A stretch of DNA of 64,000 nucleotides from contig JAJEHQ010000004.1 of the NCBI GenBank assembly GCA_022823625.1, positions 8,851 to 72,850 on the forward strand, given 5' to 3'. The first letter of the stretch is position 1, and each line of letters opens with the position of its first letter. The DNA is from Gammaproteobacteria bacterium. GTDB lineage: Bacteria; Pseudomonadota; Gammaproteobacteria; Arenicellales; JAJDZL01. Both the position numbers and the translations under genes were made by a program. Shown here in pieces: positions 1 to 8,377 of this stretch. Below the pieces are notes generated by a model. That model was not told the origin of the DNA. It made no database searches and saw only the letters and a program-made list of their open reading frames with translations.

Positions 1-167
1 ATCTTCTTGGTATCGCGTTTTGCAGAGTCGCGATTAGAATTTGCCGAGTGGTTCAAGTTTTGCTGATGGATGTTTTATGACCCATTTGATGCTTAATTTC
101 GGTGCGCGCTCTGGAGAACTTCCAGCGGTTACCACCGAAGCCAGCAGAATTCTGAGTGAAGTAGCAT

Positions 168-734
168 TCAGTCAATCGGTATGCGAATCACCACACCACC
201 CATCACATCACCGACCTCAATATCGCTGCGAGGGGAATCCTGGTGGTTGTTGTGACAACTCGCACATGCTTCAGCGACTGCGATGTCTGCGTACACTGCC
301 GCAAAATACCACAGGCCACCAAGTTTTTCTTCACCGTAAAAATTTTCCTCGGGATTATCTGCAACAAACTCGAGTCCTTCCCTTTCCAAATCCGTTACCG
401 GACCATTTTTCTTGTTGATCGGATCCAGTGAAACAAGGGAATAGGAAAATTCTTCCGTCAGATCTGAAACGTATTCTGAACCGAACCTGAACATCTGTGC
501 CGGAAGCGGTAAAGCCGCATCGTCATCAAAATATTCCGAAGCAGTGATGACCTTTTCTTCTTCCGTGAGACGCTGAACTACCTTCTGAGTGTACACAGCC
601 CGATCAGCGGAGATTACCAGATATAGCATATCTGCTACTTGTTCATGCGAAAGGCCTTCCGCAGAGACATCCATAGTAATTGTGAACATCAACGAAAGTG
701 CCGAGATACCCAATATATTGAAGCGCCTTTTCAT
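168..734 (-). CDS. Secreted c-type haem protein, DUF3365/Tll0287-like
   Basis: 188-aa ORF with a signal-peptide-like N-terminus (MKRRFNILGISALSLMFTITMDVSA). A single C-terminal CxxCH (CASCH) is followed by GDVMGGVVIRIP, the layout I associate with DUF3365. It is the last gene of a same-strand trio. Confidence 0.65.
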   Translation of the reverse strand: MKRRFNILGISALSLMFTITMDVSAEGLSHEQVADMLYLVISADRAVYTQKVVQRLTEEEKVITASEYFDDDAALPLPAQMFRFGSEYVSDLTEEFSYSLVSLDPINKKNGPVTDLEREGLEFVADNPEENFYGEEKLGGLWYFAAVYADIAVAEACASCHNNHQDSPRSDIEVGDVMGGVVIRIPID

Positions 735-923
735 CGTCTTTCTCGCTGTTTTGTTAAGCTAATTCAGATTTTAGTGAATATTTGGAAATAATTGATCCCT
801 AAGAAAACCATTTGGTGTCAGATCTTCGTTCAATTTCAACTTCTGGCAGAAACAGAACTGTCCCCGTTGTAGCAAATTTCAAAGAACCTCGCCAGACTTT
901 TATTGTTTGTTGGAAAATTGTGG

Positions 924-2453
924 CTAATCGTCCTGTTTCTCCCGTTCTCTGAGTAACGCCCATTCGATACTTTCAACATGAACATCTGCCCGGCCGCGAA
1001 AGTTGCGCTTGATCAGCTCGTCGTCAGCAAGGGAGTCCAATGCAAACTTGAGTCCGTGACAGTCGAGACAAACAGGACGGATCATTTTTTCGTTCGGTCT
1101 GAGGATATCGTTTTGATTGTGATCAGTCACAAGATTTCCCCGCCTTTCTACTTTTGCCATATGACACGTTGCACAACTGACCCCTGTACCAAGACTTGCT
1201 TCACCTGCAACTTCCGCCAGCCACAATGTGTAATGCGGGCTTTTACGATAAGCCTCGCTGTGCATGTCGTCGTGACAGGTCAGGCAAGCGTCAACTGCGG
1301 CGTACGCAACATTGACAGAATGGGGGTCGTGGCAGGAACCGCAACCTACTGATAGATCAGCCGCTTCACTTCGCATTGGCAACCGCGCTTCGGCGACCGT
1401 CATATACATTGGAACTGCCGGGTCGGAAAACCACTCTTTAATGAATGAAGGCGTAATGTGTGCGAGTCCGTAAGAGTTCAGTTTGCCGTCGATGTCGCGT
1501 GGGTTTGCAATCTTGGGGTGTTGACGCATGCCATGTCGACCTTTACGAAAAGTATTCTGCTCGAATTTGTGACAATCGGCGCAAATTTTTTGACTCGGTT
1601 TATCTTCCCAAACAGTCTCAACACCAGCTGAATCTGAGCCATTTGCAATTGCAGGCGCATGGCAGCTGGTACAGTTGATTGCGTTTATTGCGTGAGCCGA
1701 ATCAGCCCAATCACGAAGGATGGCGGGGTTTGATAGTGCAGCTGAAGGGGCTTGCGCATCGTGGTGCATCAGGCGCTCGTCTTCGGAATTGTATGCGAGA
1801 CGCGCTTGACGGGTAAGCTCGTGAACAGGTCTTTGCGTGAGCCAATCTGTTTGTGCATGCTTAACCAGAAAATCGCTGTAAAGCACCCGGTTGTCATGGT
1901 AGTTGTGGCAACCCGAACTTGCGCACGTATCGAATGAAAGATCTGCGTGACTGGTTCGAATCAATCGCACGTCCTGGTCCCCTTCAGAATGGCATGCAAT
2001 GCAAAAGTTCATCGCGACCGTGACTGCACTTTCTCGCGTTATTTCCGGTCGATGCTCGGTGTGACAGGTTGTGCATAAACGTGCATCGAGCTTGTCCCAG
2101 AATTGTGCCATTCTCGGATTACGAAACTTCTTGCGCGGGTGGCTGTCATCAGATTTAGCCAGTTCATCTTCATGGCAAGTTCTGCAGGCCTTGTTCATGG
2201 CTTTCACAGCGGCTGCTGGGCGGCTGAAAATTGGCGCTTTATGACAGGTTTCACAAGCAACCTCTATCTGGTGGTGAGCATCAGTGGTTTGCCCCACAAG
2301 CAGCAGCTCACGATTGCCGCCAACCGTCATCCAAACCCCAACAATCACAATCGCAATCAGTGTTACCAGGAACCAGCTCCAAATAAAAATGAATTTTTTC
2401 GATATTCCAAGCAACTGCTCAATACAGATAGACGATAAGGATATGGACAACAA
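924..2453 (-). CDS. Membrane-anchored multihaem cytochrome c (10 CxxCH + 1 CxxxxCH)
   Basis: 509-aa ORF with an N-terminal TM helix (FIFIWSWFLVTLIAIVIVGVW). Haem motifs seen: CETCH, CRTCH, CTTCH, CIACH, CASSGCH, CTSCH, CADCH, CGSCH, CLTCH, CATCH, CLDCH. Confidence 0.85.
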   Translation of the reverse strand: MLSISLSSICIEQLLGISKKFIFIWSWFLVTLIAIVIVGVWMTVGGNRELLLVGQTTDAHHQIEVACETCHKAPIFSRPAAAVKAMNKACRTCHEDELAKSDDSHPRKKFRNPRMAQFWDKLDARLCTTCHTEHRPEITRESAVTVAMNFCIACHSEGDQDVRLIRTSHADLSFDTCASSGCHNYHDNRVLYSDFLVKHAQTDWLTQRPVHELTRQARLAYNSEDERLMHHDAQAPSAALSNPAILRDWADSAHAINAINCTSCHAPAIANGSDSAGVETVWEDKPSQKICADCHKFEQNTFRKGRHGMRQHPKIANPRDIDGKLNSYGLAHITPSFIKEWFSDPAVPMYMTVAEARLPMRSEAADLSVGCGSCHDPHSVNVAYAAVDACLTCHDDMHSEAYRKSPHYTLWLAEVAGEASLGTGVSCATCHMAKVERRGNLVTDHNQNDILRPNEKMIRPVCLDCHGLKFALDSLADDELIKRNFRGRADVHVESIEWALLREREKQDD

Positions 2454-3603
2454 GAAGAGCGGGCAAGGGAAGCAGAAAAACTATGTGGGTTTTGACGGGT
2501 GCCATACGCATTTTTTTTGTTACAGGAACCCCCCATTTCCTTAATTCGGATGATCCTCCAATCAGAATGCCAGCAAGTGCGCCTGCAATCAGTGCCACCA
2601 GATAAAACAGCATCAGGGCAGTGTTCAAATTCGCACCGAGGCGAAATCCGGTATGGAGAAAAAGCGTGAGGACACAAACAAATCCAAGCAAGATATGCGT
2701 GAGTTGCCAGGTGGAATAGTTTCCGAATCGGGTCAGCAGTCGATTTTTAAGCACAATGACAATCAATAATCCCACCAGGGTGAAACCAAGAAGCAAGTAA
2801 CCAGTCCATTGTTGCCATAGGGAATCGTTCCACAAGTATTCAAGCAAGGTAGGACCAAATTGATTTGGAATCGGTACCCGGGGCGACAAAAGAGTTGCAA
2901 CAGCAAACAAACATCCAATGATCGACAGAACGAAATTTGCTTTCTGCCTGCGCGCTGTCTGAGCCCGAATCTTCAGGATTTGCCTGCGCTCTATTGAGGC
3001 GATTCGATTAATCACCTCTCTTCCGATGAGATCGAGACGACGCAGAATTTTCATTCGCGGCTGACATTGTTTGATTTGCGAATCGCTCAAGATTTCAGGA
3101 AGCAATCCGCAGGCATCCACTAAACATGCGATGGCGGCATCTGCGGGATTAGGAATATTGTCGGACAGCACCACATCCTTAATTTGAACTTTGATGTCTT
3201 CCTTCGAATCCAAATCAGTCGTTTGAAAGGTTCGGGAACGAAACAGCCATAGAATATTTCTGTCTTTCTGTTCCACCGCCCCACTTTGCGCGAGACTGGC
3301 CAATGCAAGTTCTTGGATGGGAAGTGATCGACTTGAAGCGAGTGTCTCGATCCAATGCTCGGTATCGGCGGATTTGGAATGTGCATTTATTTCAGACAAA
3401 ACGCGATCCATTAATACATTTCCCATTGGCGTTTCATCCAAAACGATTAGCGAGTTCAGGTCGGTGTCAATTCGTCCTGAAAGTGAAAGGTCAAGCAGAA
3501 CAGCACCTGCAAGAACACTGTTGATGTACTCGTTCTGATCGGCAACAAAAATTCCATCCTCGTTTTCCAAAAGCAGGAGTATGTTGTCGGTAATTGTCAA
3601 CAT
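2419..3603 (-). CDS. GPP34/GOLPH3-like domain fused to a 5-TM, four-histidine (putative di-haem b) membrane domain
   Basis: The N-terminal half matches the remembered GPP34 pattern (ILLLLENEDG, LAGAVLLDLSLSGRIDTD, VLDETPMGN, PADAAIACLVDACGLL). The C-terminal half has 5 hydrophobic helices, two with H-x13-H. The start is set at the ATG at 3603 (M56 of the track ORF), because the upstream 55 codons read into an IS inverted repeat. Confidence 0.7.
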   Translation of the reverse strand: MLTITDNILLLLENEDGIFVADQNEYINSVLAGAVLLDLSLSGRIDTDLNSLIVLDETPMGNVLMDRVLSEINAHSKSADTEHWIETLASSRSLPIQELALASLAQSGAVEQKDRNILWLFRSRTFQTTDLDSKEDIKVQIKDVVLSDNIPNPADAAIACLVDACGLLPEILSDSQIKQCQPRMKILRRLDLIGREVINRIASIERRQILKIRAQTARRQKANFVLSIIGCLFAVATLLSPRVPIPNQFGPTLLEYLWNDSLWQQWTGYLLLGFTLVGLLIVIVLKNRLLTRFGNYSTWQLTHILLGFVCVLTLFLHTGFRLGANLNTALMLFYLVALIAGALAGILIGGSSELRKWGVPVTKKMRMAPVKTHIVFLLPLPALLVVHILIVYLY

Positions 3604-3637
3604 AAGGGGGATTATATGCTTGACTAAAACAGCGAAA
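3603..3637. repeat. IS1595-type terminal inverted repeat (left)
   Basis: TAAGGGGGATTATATGCTTGACTAAAACAGCGAAA matches the reverse complement of 4517-4550, with a 19-nt perfect core CTTGACTAAAACAGCGAAA. Confidence 0.7.
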
Positions 3638-3848
3638 ATTTTGCCCAAAAATGCCTTAAAAACGAAAACTATTTCCTTTCTGAGACCGGTTGTTTCTTTC
3701 GACTGTCTTTGCTTTCGTCCCTGCCCATTCTCAATGGTGGTGTTAAAAGCTTCTGGCGCGCAATCCATTTCGCTCTTGTATGCTCACCTTCGTTGCCTTG
3801 GCACTGCGACGGTTCCACTTGATCTTGTAACATAACCAGCCTCCCCCG

Positions 3849-4471
3849 TCAATGCACGCGACCGTCAGCGCTACCCGTCAACTCCCCGTCCATCAGCTGT
3901 CGACCCATCAATCCCGCCGCAACCGAGGCCATCTGATCCGATGCATCAGGCTCACGAATGTTGTGCTGTCCAGCCTTCAGTCTGTCTGATTCATGCTTGT
4001 TGCCTTCCAAACCACCAATACAGGTCTCATCCACCCCAACGTGCCAGACATCGAAATCCCGCTGCCACTGAGCACATAACGAATCTTGTGCAGCATACGT
4101 CAGGCAGTTTTCTGCGTAATTCCCAGATCCCGGTGCAGTTTCATCGACGACATGCCCTTTTCGCTGGTCACCAGAAGATAAATGGCAATCGCCCACTTTT
4201 GCAGTGGCACAGGGGAGTCCTCCAGCAGCGTGCCGTGGCGAAACAAAAAATGCCTGCGACAGTCTCGACACTGGCGCGGCAGTGGTTTGCCACTTGGAAC
4301 TTCGTAGGTGTTGGTACCGCCGCAACGGTGACACCCTGCAACACCGGCCTCCCAGATGATCGACTCAAACCACTTGCGTGCCGAGGTTTCATCGGGAATC
4401 ACCTGTATCAGTTGGAACAGCGAAATACCGTTGCGATGCGACTTGCCGGGGACTTTTCTGTTCGGCGCCAT
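3849..4471 (-). pseudogene. IS1595-family transposase, disrupted
   Basis: The N-terminal zinc-ribbon part (CHRCGG...CRDCRRHF...QKTA) stops at a TGA at 4100-4102, exactly where family members have Trp (QKTAW.MLHKIR, which continues in frame after the stop). The DDE start VDETCIGG...NKH lies in another frame (ORF 3849-4334). The tail is degraded. Confidence 0.7.
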
Positions 4472-4516
4472 TTGGATTGCTCAATTGGTTGAACTAATGG
4501 GCAAACAATCAATTAT

Positions 4517-4550
4517 TTCGCTGTTTTAGTCAAGTATATATTCCCCTAAT
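4517..4550. repeat. IS1595-type terminal inverted repeat (right)
   Basis: TTTCGCTGTTTTAGTCAAGTATATATTCCCCTAAT is the inverted partner of 3603-3637. Confidence 0.7.
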
Positions 4551-5020
4551 TTTTACTTAGTTGGATTGACTGTTACCAGATTACGATAAATTACTGAAGC
4601 GGCTTTGTGGCTTTTCTTCATTGCAGGAAATGTGCAGTGAATCACAGTCAACCGCTTGATCTATAATGATTATTGACGTGTGGCGTTATATTAACCACAA
4701 ACGTTCCAGGAAGGAGCAACTACGATTGCAACCATGTTGTAAGTCTGGTAAGTTTTGATGTTGTAAGGAGTACGATGGAGTGGTCAACTAACCGTCAATC
4801 CACATTGATGATCTATAGCTGTAACGCTTATGAGACTTGGACAAACGCCAAGTCAGATCGGGATGTCGACCGACTATTGCTGTCGGCCCTTTCAAATTTT
4901 CACGAGTTGCAACAAAGTTAATCCATTCCAAAAACAGATTCAAATTTGATTGGCAATATACCAACCGGTACTCCCTATTCACCAAGCGATAAATCGCTAA
5001 TCTGATTTACGGATTCGGTT

Positions 5021-6157
5021 TTGAACTCGATTGACAATTCACGCAATGCACCTGTCTTTGTAACCGGTGCAGCCGGGCATGTGGGATCAAATCTCGTGCG
5101 AAGGCTGCTTAATGATAGCATTCCAATTCGTGTGTTGCTAAGACACGAGGACAACAATGAAGGACTGAAAAATCTGGATGTTGAGTGCCACTATGGTGAC
5201 ATTCGAGACTTAAAAGCCACCCGGAACGCAATGGAAGGTTGCCAAGGTGTCTATCATGTTGCAGCGAAAATTTCTACCATCGATGGTAATCGTGACCATC
5301 GTCGGGAAATATTCGAGACCAATGTTCTCGGCACCCGTAACATTTTGCGAGCGGCGCGTGAGACCGAAGCAGGTCGAGTGGTGGTTACAGGCTCATTCAG
5401 TGCAGTCGGTTATGATCTCGACGACCCCTCCTTACCGAGTGATGAGGCGATGCCATTCTATCCCATGGTACGCACGATGCCATATGAGCGCAGCAAGTCG
5501 CAAGTCGAGCACGAGTGCTGGCGTGCAGCTGCAAAAGGTCAGGAAGTCATTGTCGCAACGTGTTGTGCTGTAATCGGCGGCGCTGATTTTTTTCCATCGC
5601 GACTCGGAAAAACCTTGTGCGACTACACCAATGGGAAACTGCGTGCTTACATCGATGGTGGATTCGAGTTTGTCGCTGCACGCGACATCGTACAAGGACA
5701 TCTGTTATGCATGGAGTATGGGCGCCCCGGGGAAAAATACATATTCAGCAGCGAGTTCAAAACCATCTCTGAAATACTGGATTTATACGAGGAGGTTACC
5801 GGAATACCGCGTCCAGCTCGACGGATACCATCCGCCGTCATGCTGGCTTTCTCGGAAGTGGCGAGTTTCTATCTGAGCCGATACCGTCCGGATTTCAATC
5901 AGCGGTTTACCCCTGGTGCCATCCGTCTGCTGAAGTTACGTCGTCATGCCAGTCTCGAAAAAGCCAGGCGGGAACTGGGCTATCAGTCAACCAGTATTCG
6001 AGAGGCGATTAATGACGCCTATGCGTTTCACTACAACCGTCCGAACGCAATAATAAATCCTGATGCAAAATTTCCCACAGAGAAATCCGAATTCGCAACG
6101 GCGAGTACCATGACTAACAAGAATCTACAGGCAACGCCACAAGGAGGCTCAACTTGA
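5021..6157 (+). CDS. NAD(P)-dependent epimerase/dehydratase-family reductase, SdmB-like (sterol C-4 demethylation partner)
   Basis: 378-aa ORF with a Rossmann motif (VFVTGAAGHVGSNLV) and a TTG start. It is translationally coupled to the downstream Rieske gene. The sterol role is inferred from context. Confidence 0.65.
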   Translation: MNSIDNSRNAPVFVTGAAGHVGSNLVRRLLNDSIPIRVLLRHEDNNEGLKNLDVECHYGDIRDLKATRNAMEGCQGVYHVAAKISTIDGNRDHRREIFETNVLGTRNILRAARETEAGRVVVTGSFSAVGYDLDDPSLPSDEAMPFYPMVRTMPYERSKSQVEHECWRAAAKGQEVIVATCCAVIGGADFFPSRLGKTLCDYTNGKLRAYIDGGFEFVAARDIVQGHLLCMEYGRPGEKYIFSSEFKTISEILDLYEEVTGIPRPARRIPSAVMLAFSEVASFYLSRYRPDFNQRFTPGAIRLLKLRRHASLEKARRELGYQSTSIREAINDAYAFHYNRPNAIINPDAKFPTEKSEFATASTMTNKNLQATPQGGST

Positions 6158-7257
6158 GTTCGCTGCATAATTCACCACCAAGTTTTGAGCAAGCTGGAAA
6201 TTTGCGTCAGAAAGTTCGGGCAACCGGCATGGACCCCGACTATTGGTACGCAGTCGAAGAAGTGCGTCGAATCAAACCTGGAACCGTAGTCGAAGTTATT
6301 TTTTGGAAACAGTCTATTGCGCTATATCGTGCAGAAGATGGATCATTTTACGCACTCGAAAATCGATGCGCACATCGCCAGCTCAAACTCTCACTAGGGA
6401 ATGTTCAAGGCTGTCGGCTTGTCTGCGCATATCACGGCTGGGAATATGACCAGACCGGTCGACGGGCCGATATCCCACAAACGAAGTCGGGCGGAAACAA
6501 AGGTCTGAAGCCTTCAATCAAGAGTTATCCTGTCAAGGTTCGCTATGGTCTAGTCTGGCTGTTTCCCGGCAAGGCTGAACGCTCTGAACAACGAGAGATT
6601 CCGGATATTCCAGAACTTGAAGGGCCAAAACGCTGGGCCTGCGTACCCCTCAGCTTCACTTGGTCAGCCCATCACTCGATGATTATCGATAACGTCAGCG
6701 ATTTCACGCACGCCTATCTTCACCGCAAGTATCGTCCGTTTCAGGATGCCGTCCTCACCCAATATGAGACGGTTGGGGATAACGTTCATCTTGCTTATGA
6801 CACGAAGGTCGGACGCGGGCGGATTTCAGGACTTTTTGTGGAGCACGACAAGATTGATACCAACAGCATGACGCTTTGCTTCCAATACCCCTACCAGTGG
6901 TCGAATACCGATGAGTGGATAAAACACTGGTTATTTGTTTTACCAATCGACGAACGGACCACACGAGTATTTTTTCTGTTTTATTTCAAATCTTTAAAAA
7001 TACCCTTACTGCCCATAAGAATTCCCCGCTTTGCAATGAGCGCAGTCATGAAAATCTCAAACCGCATGATGATTGCTCCCTTGTTAACTCAGGACAAAGT
7101 TGCCGTCGAGGCAGAACAACTGGGTTACGAGGCACACTGGGACGCACCTCCCATTGAATTCAATCCGGTTGTACGCGAGTTTCAAAATTTAACTGTTCGC
7201 AAGTGGGAAGAATACTTGGCCCGTGAATCCATGGAAAACAGTTTCGATAATGCCTGA
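6154..7257 (+). CDS. Rieske [2Fe-2S] non-haem oxygenase, SdmA-like (sterol C-4 methyl oxidase, bacterial type)
   Basis: Rieske motif CAHR...x17...CAYHGW. The TTG start at 6154 overlaps the upstream TGA (TTGA). AAGGAGG lies at 6141-6147, six nt upstream. Confidence 0.7.
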   Translation: MSSLHNSPPSFEQAGNLRQKVRATGMDPDYWYAVEEVRRIKPGTVVEVIFWKQSIALYRAEDGSFYALENRCAHRQLKLSLGNVQGCRLVCAYHGWEYDQTGRRADIPQTKSGGNKGLKPSIKSYPVKVRYGLVWLFPGKAERSEQREIPDIPELEGPKRWACVPLSFTWSAHHSMIIDNVSDFTHAYLHRKYRPFQDAVLTQYETVGDNVHLAYDTKVGRGRISGLFVEHDKIDTNSMTLCFQYPYQWSNTDEWIKHWLFVLPIDERTTRVFFLFYFKSLKIPLLPIRIPRFAMSAVMKISNRMMIAPLLTQDKVAVEAEQLGYEAHWDAPPIEFNPVVREFQNLTVRKWEEYLARESMENSFDNA

Positions 7258-8350
7258 ACCGAACTTTATATCGATGTTGACAACGCTGACGAGCCTGAAC
7301 CTGCTTGAAGCGGCGGGCATGGTTTTGGTATTCGTTGGGGTACTGTTTTTGGGTTCTGTAGTGGTACCTGGACGCCGAATCAAAGGTCCGGATATGGAGG
7401 GCGATACGCGCGAATATAAACTCAATGGTCTTGCGCTGTTTCTGATTACGGTATTTGTGACAGCTATTGTCCAGTCAATGGGTTGGTTTTCGCTTTCGGT
7501 GCTGTATTCGCAGTTTGCCGCTTTGTTCGTGGCTGCAAACGTATTCGCATTTTTACTTGCTACATGGCTTTATTTCCGGGCTACCCGTAATCAGGAAACC
7601 ACTACTGGCTTTTGGCGCAGATATTTTTTCGGTGCGCTGTCCAATCCGACCTGGCTCGGAGTGGACATTAAGCTATTTAGCTATCGCCCCTCTCTCATTG
7701 GTCTCGCACTCTTTAATGCCTCATTCGCCGTCATGCAATACGAAACTTACGGTGAACTGACGCTGGCAATGGTGCTATATCAAATCTTCACTTTTTTGTA
7801 TGTATTCAACTATTTCCAGTTTGAACAGGGAATGGTTCACACATGGGACATGATCAGTGAGCGCTTTGGATGGATGCTGATTTGGGGAGATTATGTCTTG
7901 GTGCCATTTTTTTACTGTTTGGTGGGTTGGTGGCTGGTGCACCCGTCTGATGTGCTGCATCCTATTACCGCAGTAGCAATTGTGTTGTTATTTGGATTCG
8001 GTTTCTGGCTATTTCGCGGCGCCAATCAACAAAAGCACCGCTTCAAACGTAAAGCTGATATCAGGATTTGGGGTCAACCCGCCCGTACCTTGGAAGGTCG
8101 GTTGCTGATCTCCGGTTTTTGGGGTGTTGGACGCCACCTTAACTATACGGGTGAAATTTGTGTCTACTTTTCATTTGCCCTGACCACAGGATTCGAGTCT
8201 TGGGTACCCTACCTCTTGCCTGTATGGTTGACTGTACTGCTGTGTCACCGCTCACTACGTGATGAGCAACGCTGTCGTGCCAAGTATGGCGATCTGTGGA
8301 CGCGCTACAAACAACGAGTCCGTTATTCAATGTTACCGTTTGTCTACTAG
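7250..8350 (+). CDS. Sterol reductase, ERG4/ERG24 family (probable C-14 reductase)
   Basis: Polytopic membrane ORF with the family C-terminus GFWGVGRHLNYTGEI...HRSLRDEQRCRAKYGDLWTRYKQRVRYSMLPFVY. The ATG at 7250 overlaps the upstream stop (ATGCCTGA). The track ORF starts at a GTG at 7223. Confidence 0.8.
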   Translation: MPEPNFISMLTTLTSLNLLEAAGMVLVFVGVLFLGSVVVPGRRIKGPDMEGDTREYKLNGLALFLITVFVTAIVQSMGWFSLSVLYSQFAALFVAANVFAFLLATWLYFRATRNQETTTGFWRRYFFGALSNPTWLGVDIKLFSYRPSLIGLALFNASFAVMQYETYGELTLAMVLYQIFTFLYVFNYFQFEQGMVHTWDMISERFGWMLIWGDYVLVPFFYCLVGWWLVHPSDVLHPITAVAIVLLFGFGFWLFRGANQQKHRFKRKADIRIWGQPARTLEGRLLISGFWGVGRHLNYTGEICVYFSFALTTGFESWVPYLLPVWLTVLLCHRSLRDEQRCRAKYGDLWTRYKQRVRYSMLPFVY

Positions 8351-8377
8351 CGGCAGTAACAAATCAAGGAAGTAACC

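Larger units (their letters stand above)
3603..4550 (-). mobile_element. Decayed IS1595-family insertion sequence (~0.95 kb)
   Basis: Imperfect terminal inverted repeats of ~30 bp enclose the transposase remnants. The element is visibly more GC-rich than its flanks. Confidence 0.7.

Noticed and set aside
41-2544. Plus-strand ORFs 41-418, 243-431, 978-1352, 1460-1678, 1752-1937, 2103-2438 and 2284-2544.
   Set aside because: All lie antisense to the well-supported haem-protein genes and have no recognisable features. The same reasoning applies to the many short antisense ORFs inside the other large genes, such as 13411-13911, 16609-17085, 20607-21059, 27351-27690, 28326-28891 and 62648-63118.
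2419-3768. The full-length 449-aa version of the GPP34-membrane ORF, with a 55-residue N-terminal extension.
   Set aside because: The extension lies inside the IS1595 remnant and crosses its inverted repeat. The GPP34 paralog at 21408-23417 begins at the position equivalent to the ATG at 3603.
4621-4700. Sigma-70-like hexamers (TATAAT at 4662-4667, TTGACG at 4673-4678) upstream of the sterol operon.
   Set aside because: No -35/-10 pair has acceptable 16-18 nt spacing, so I could not support a promoter call.
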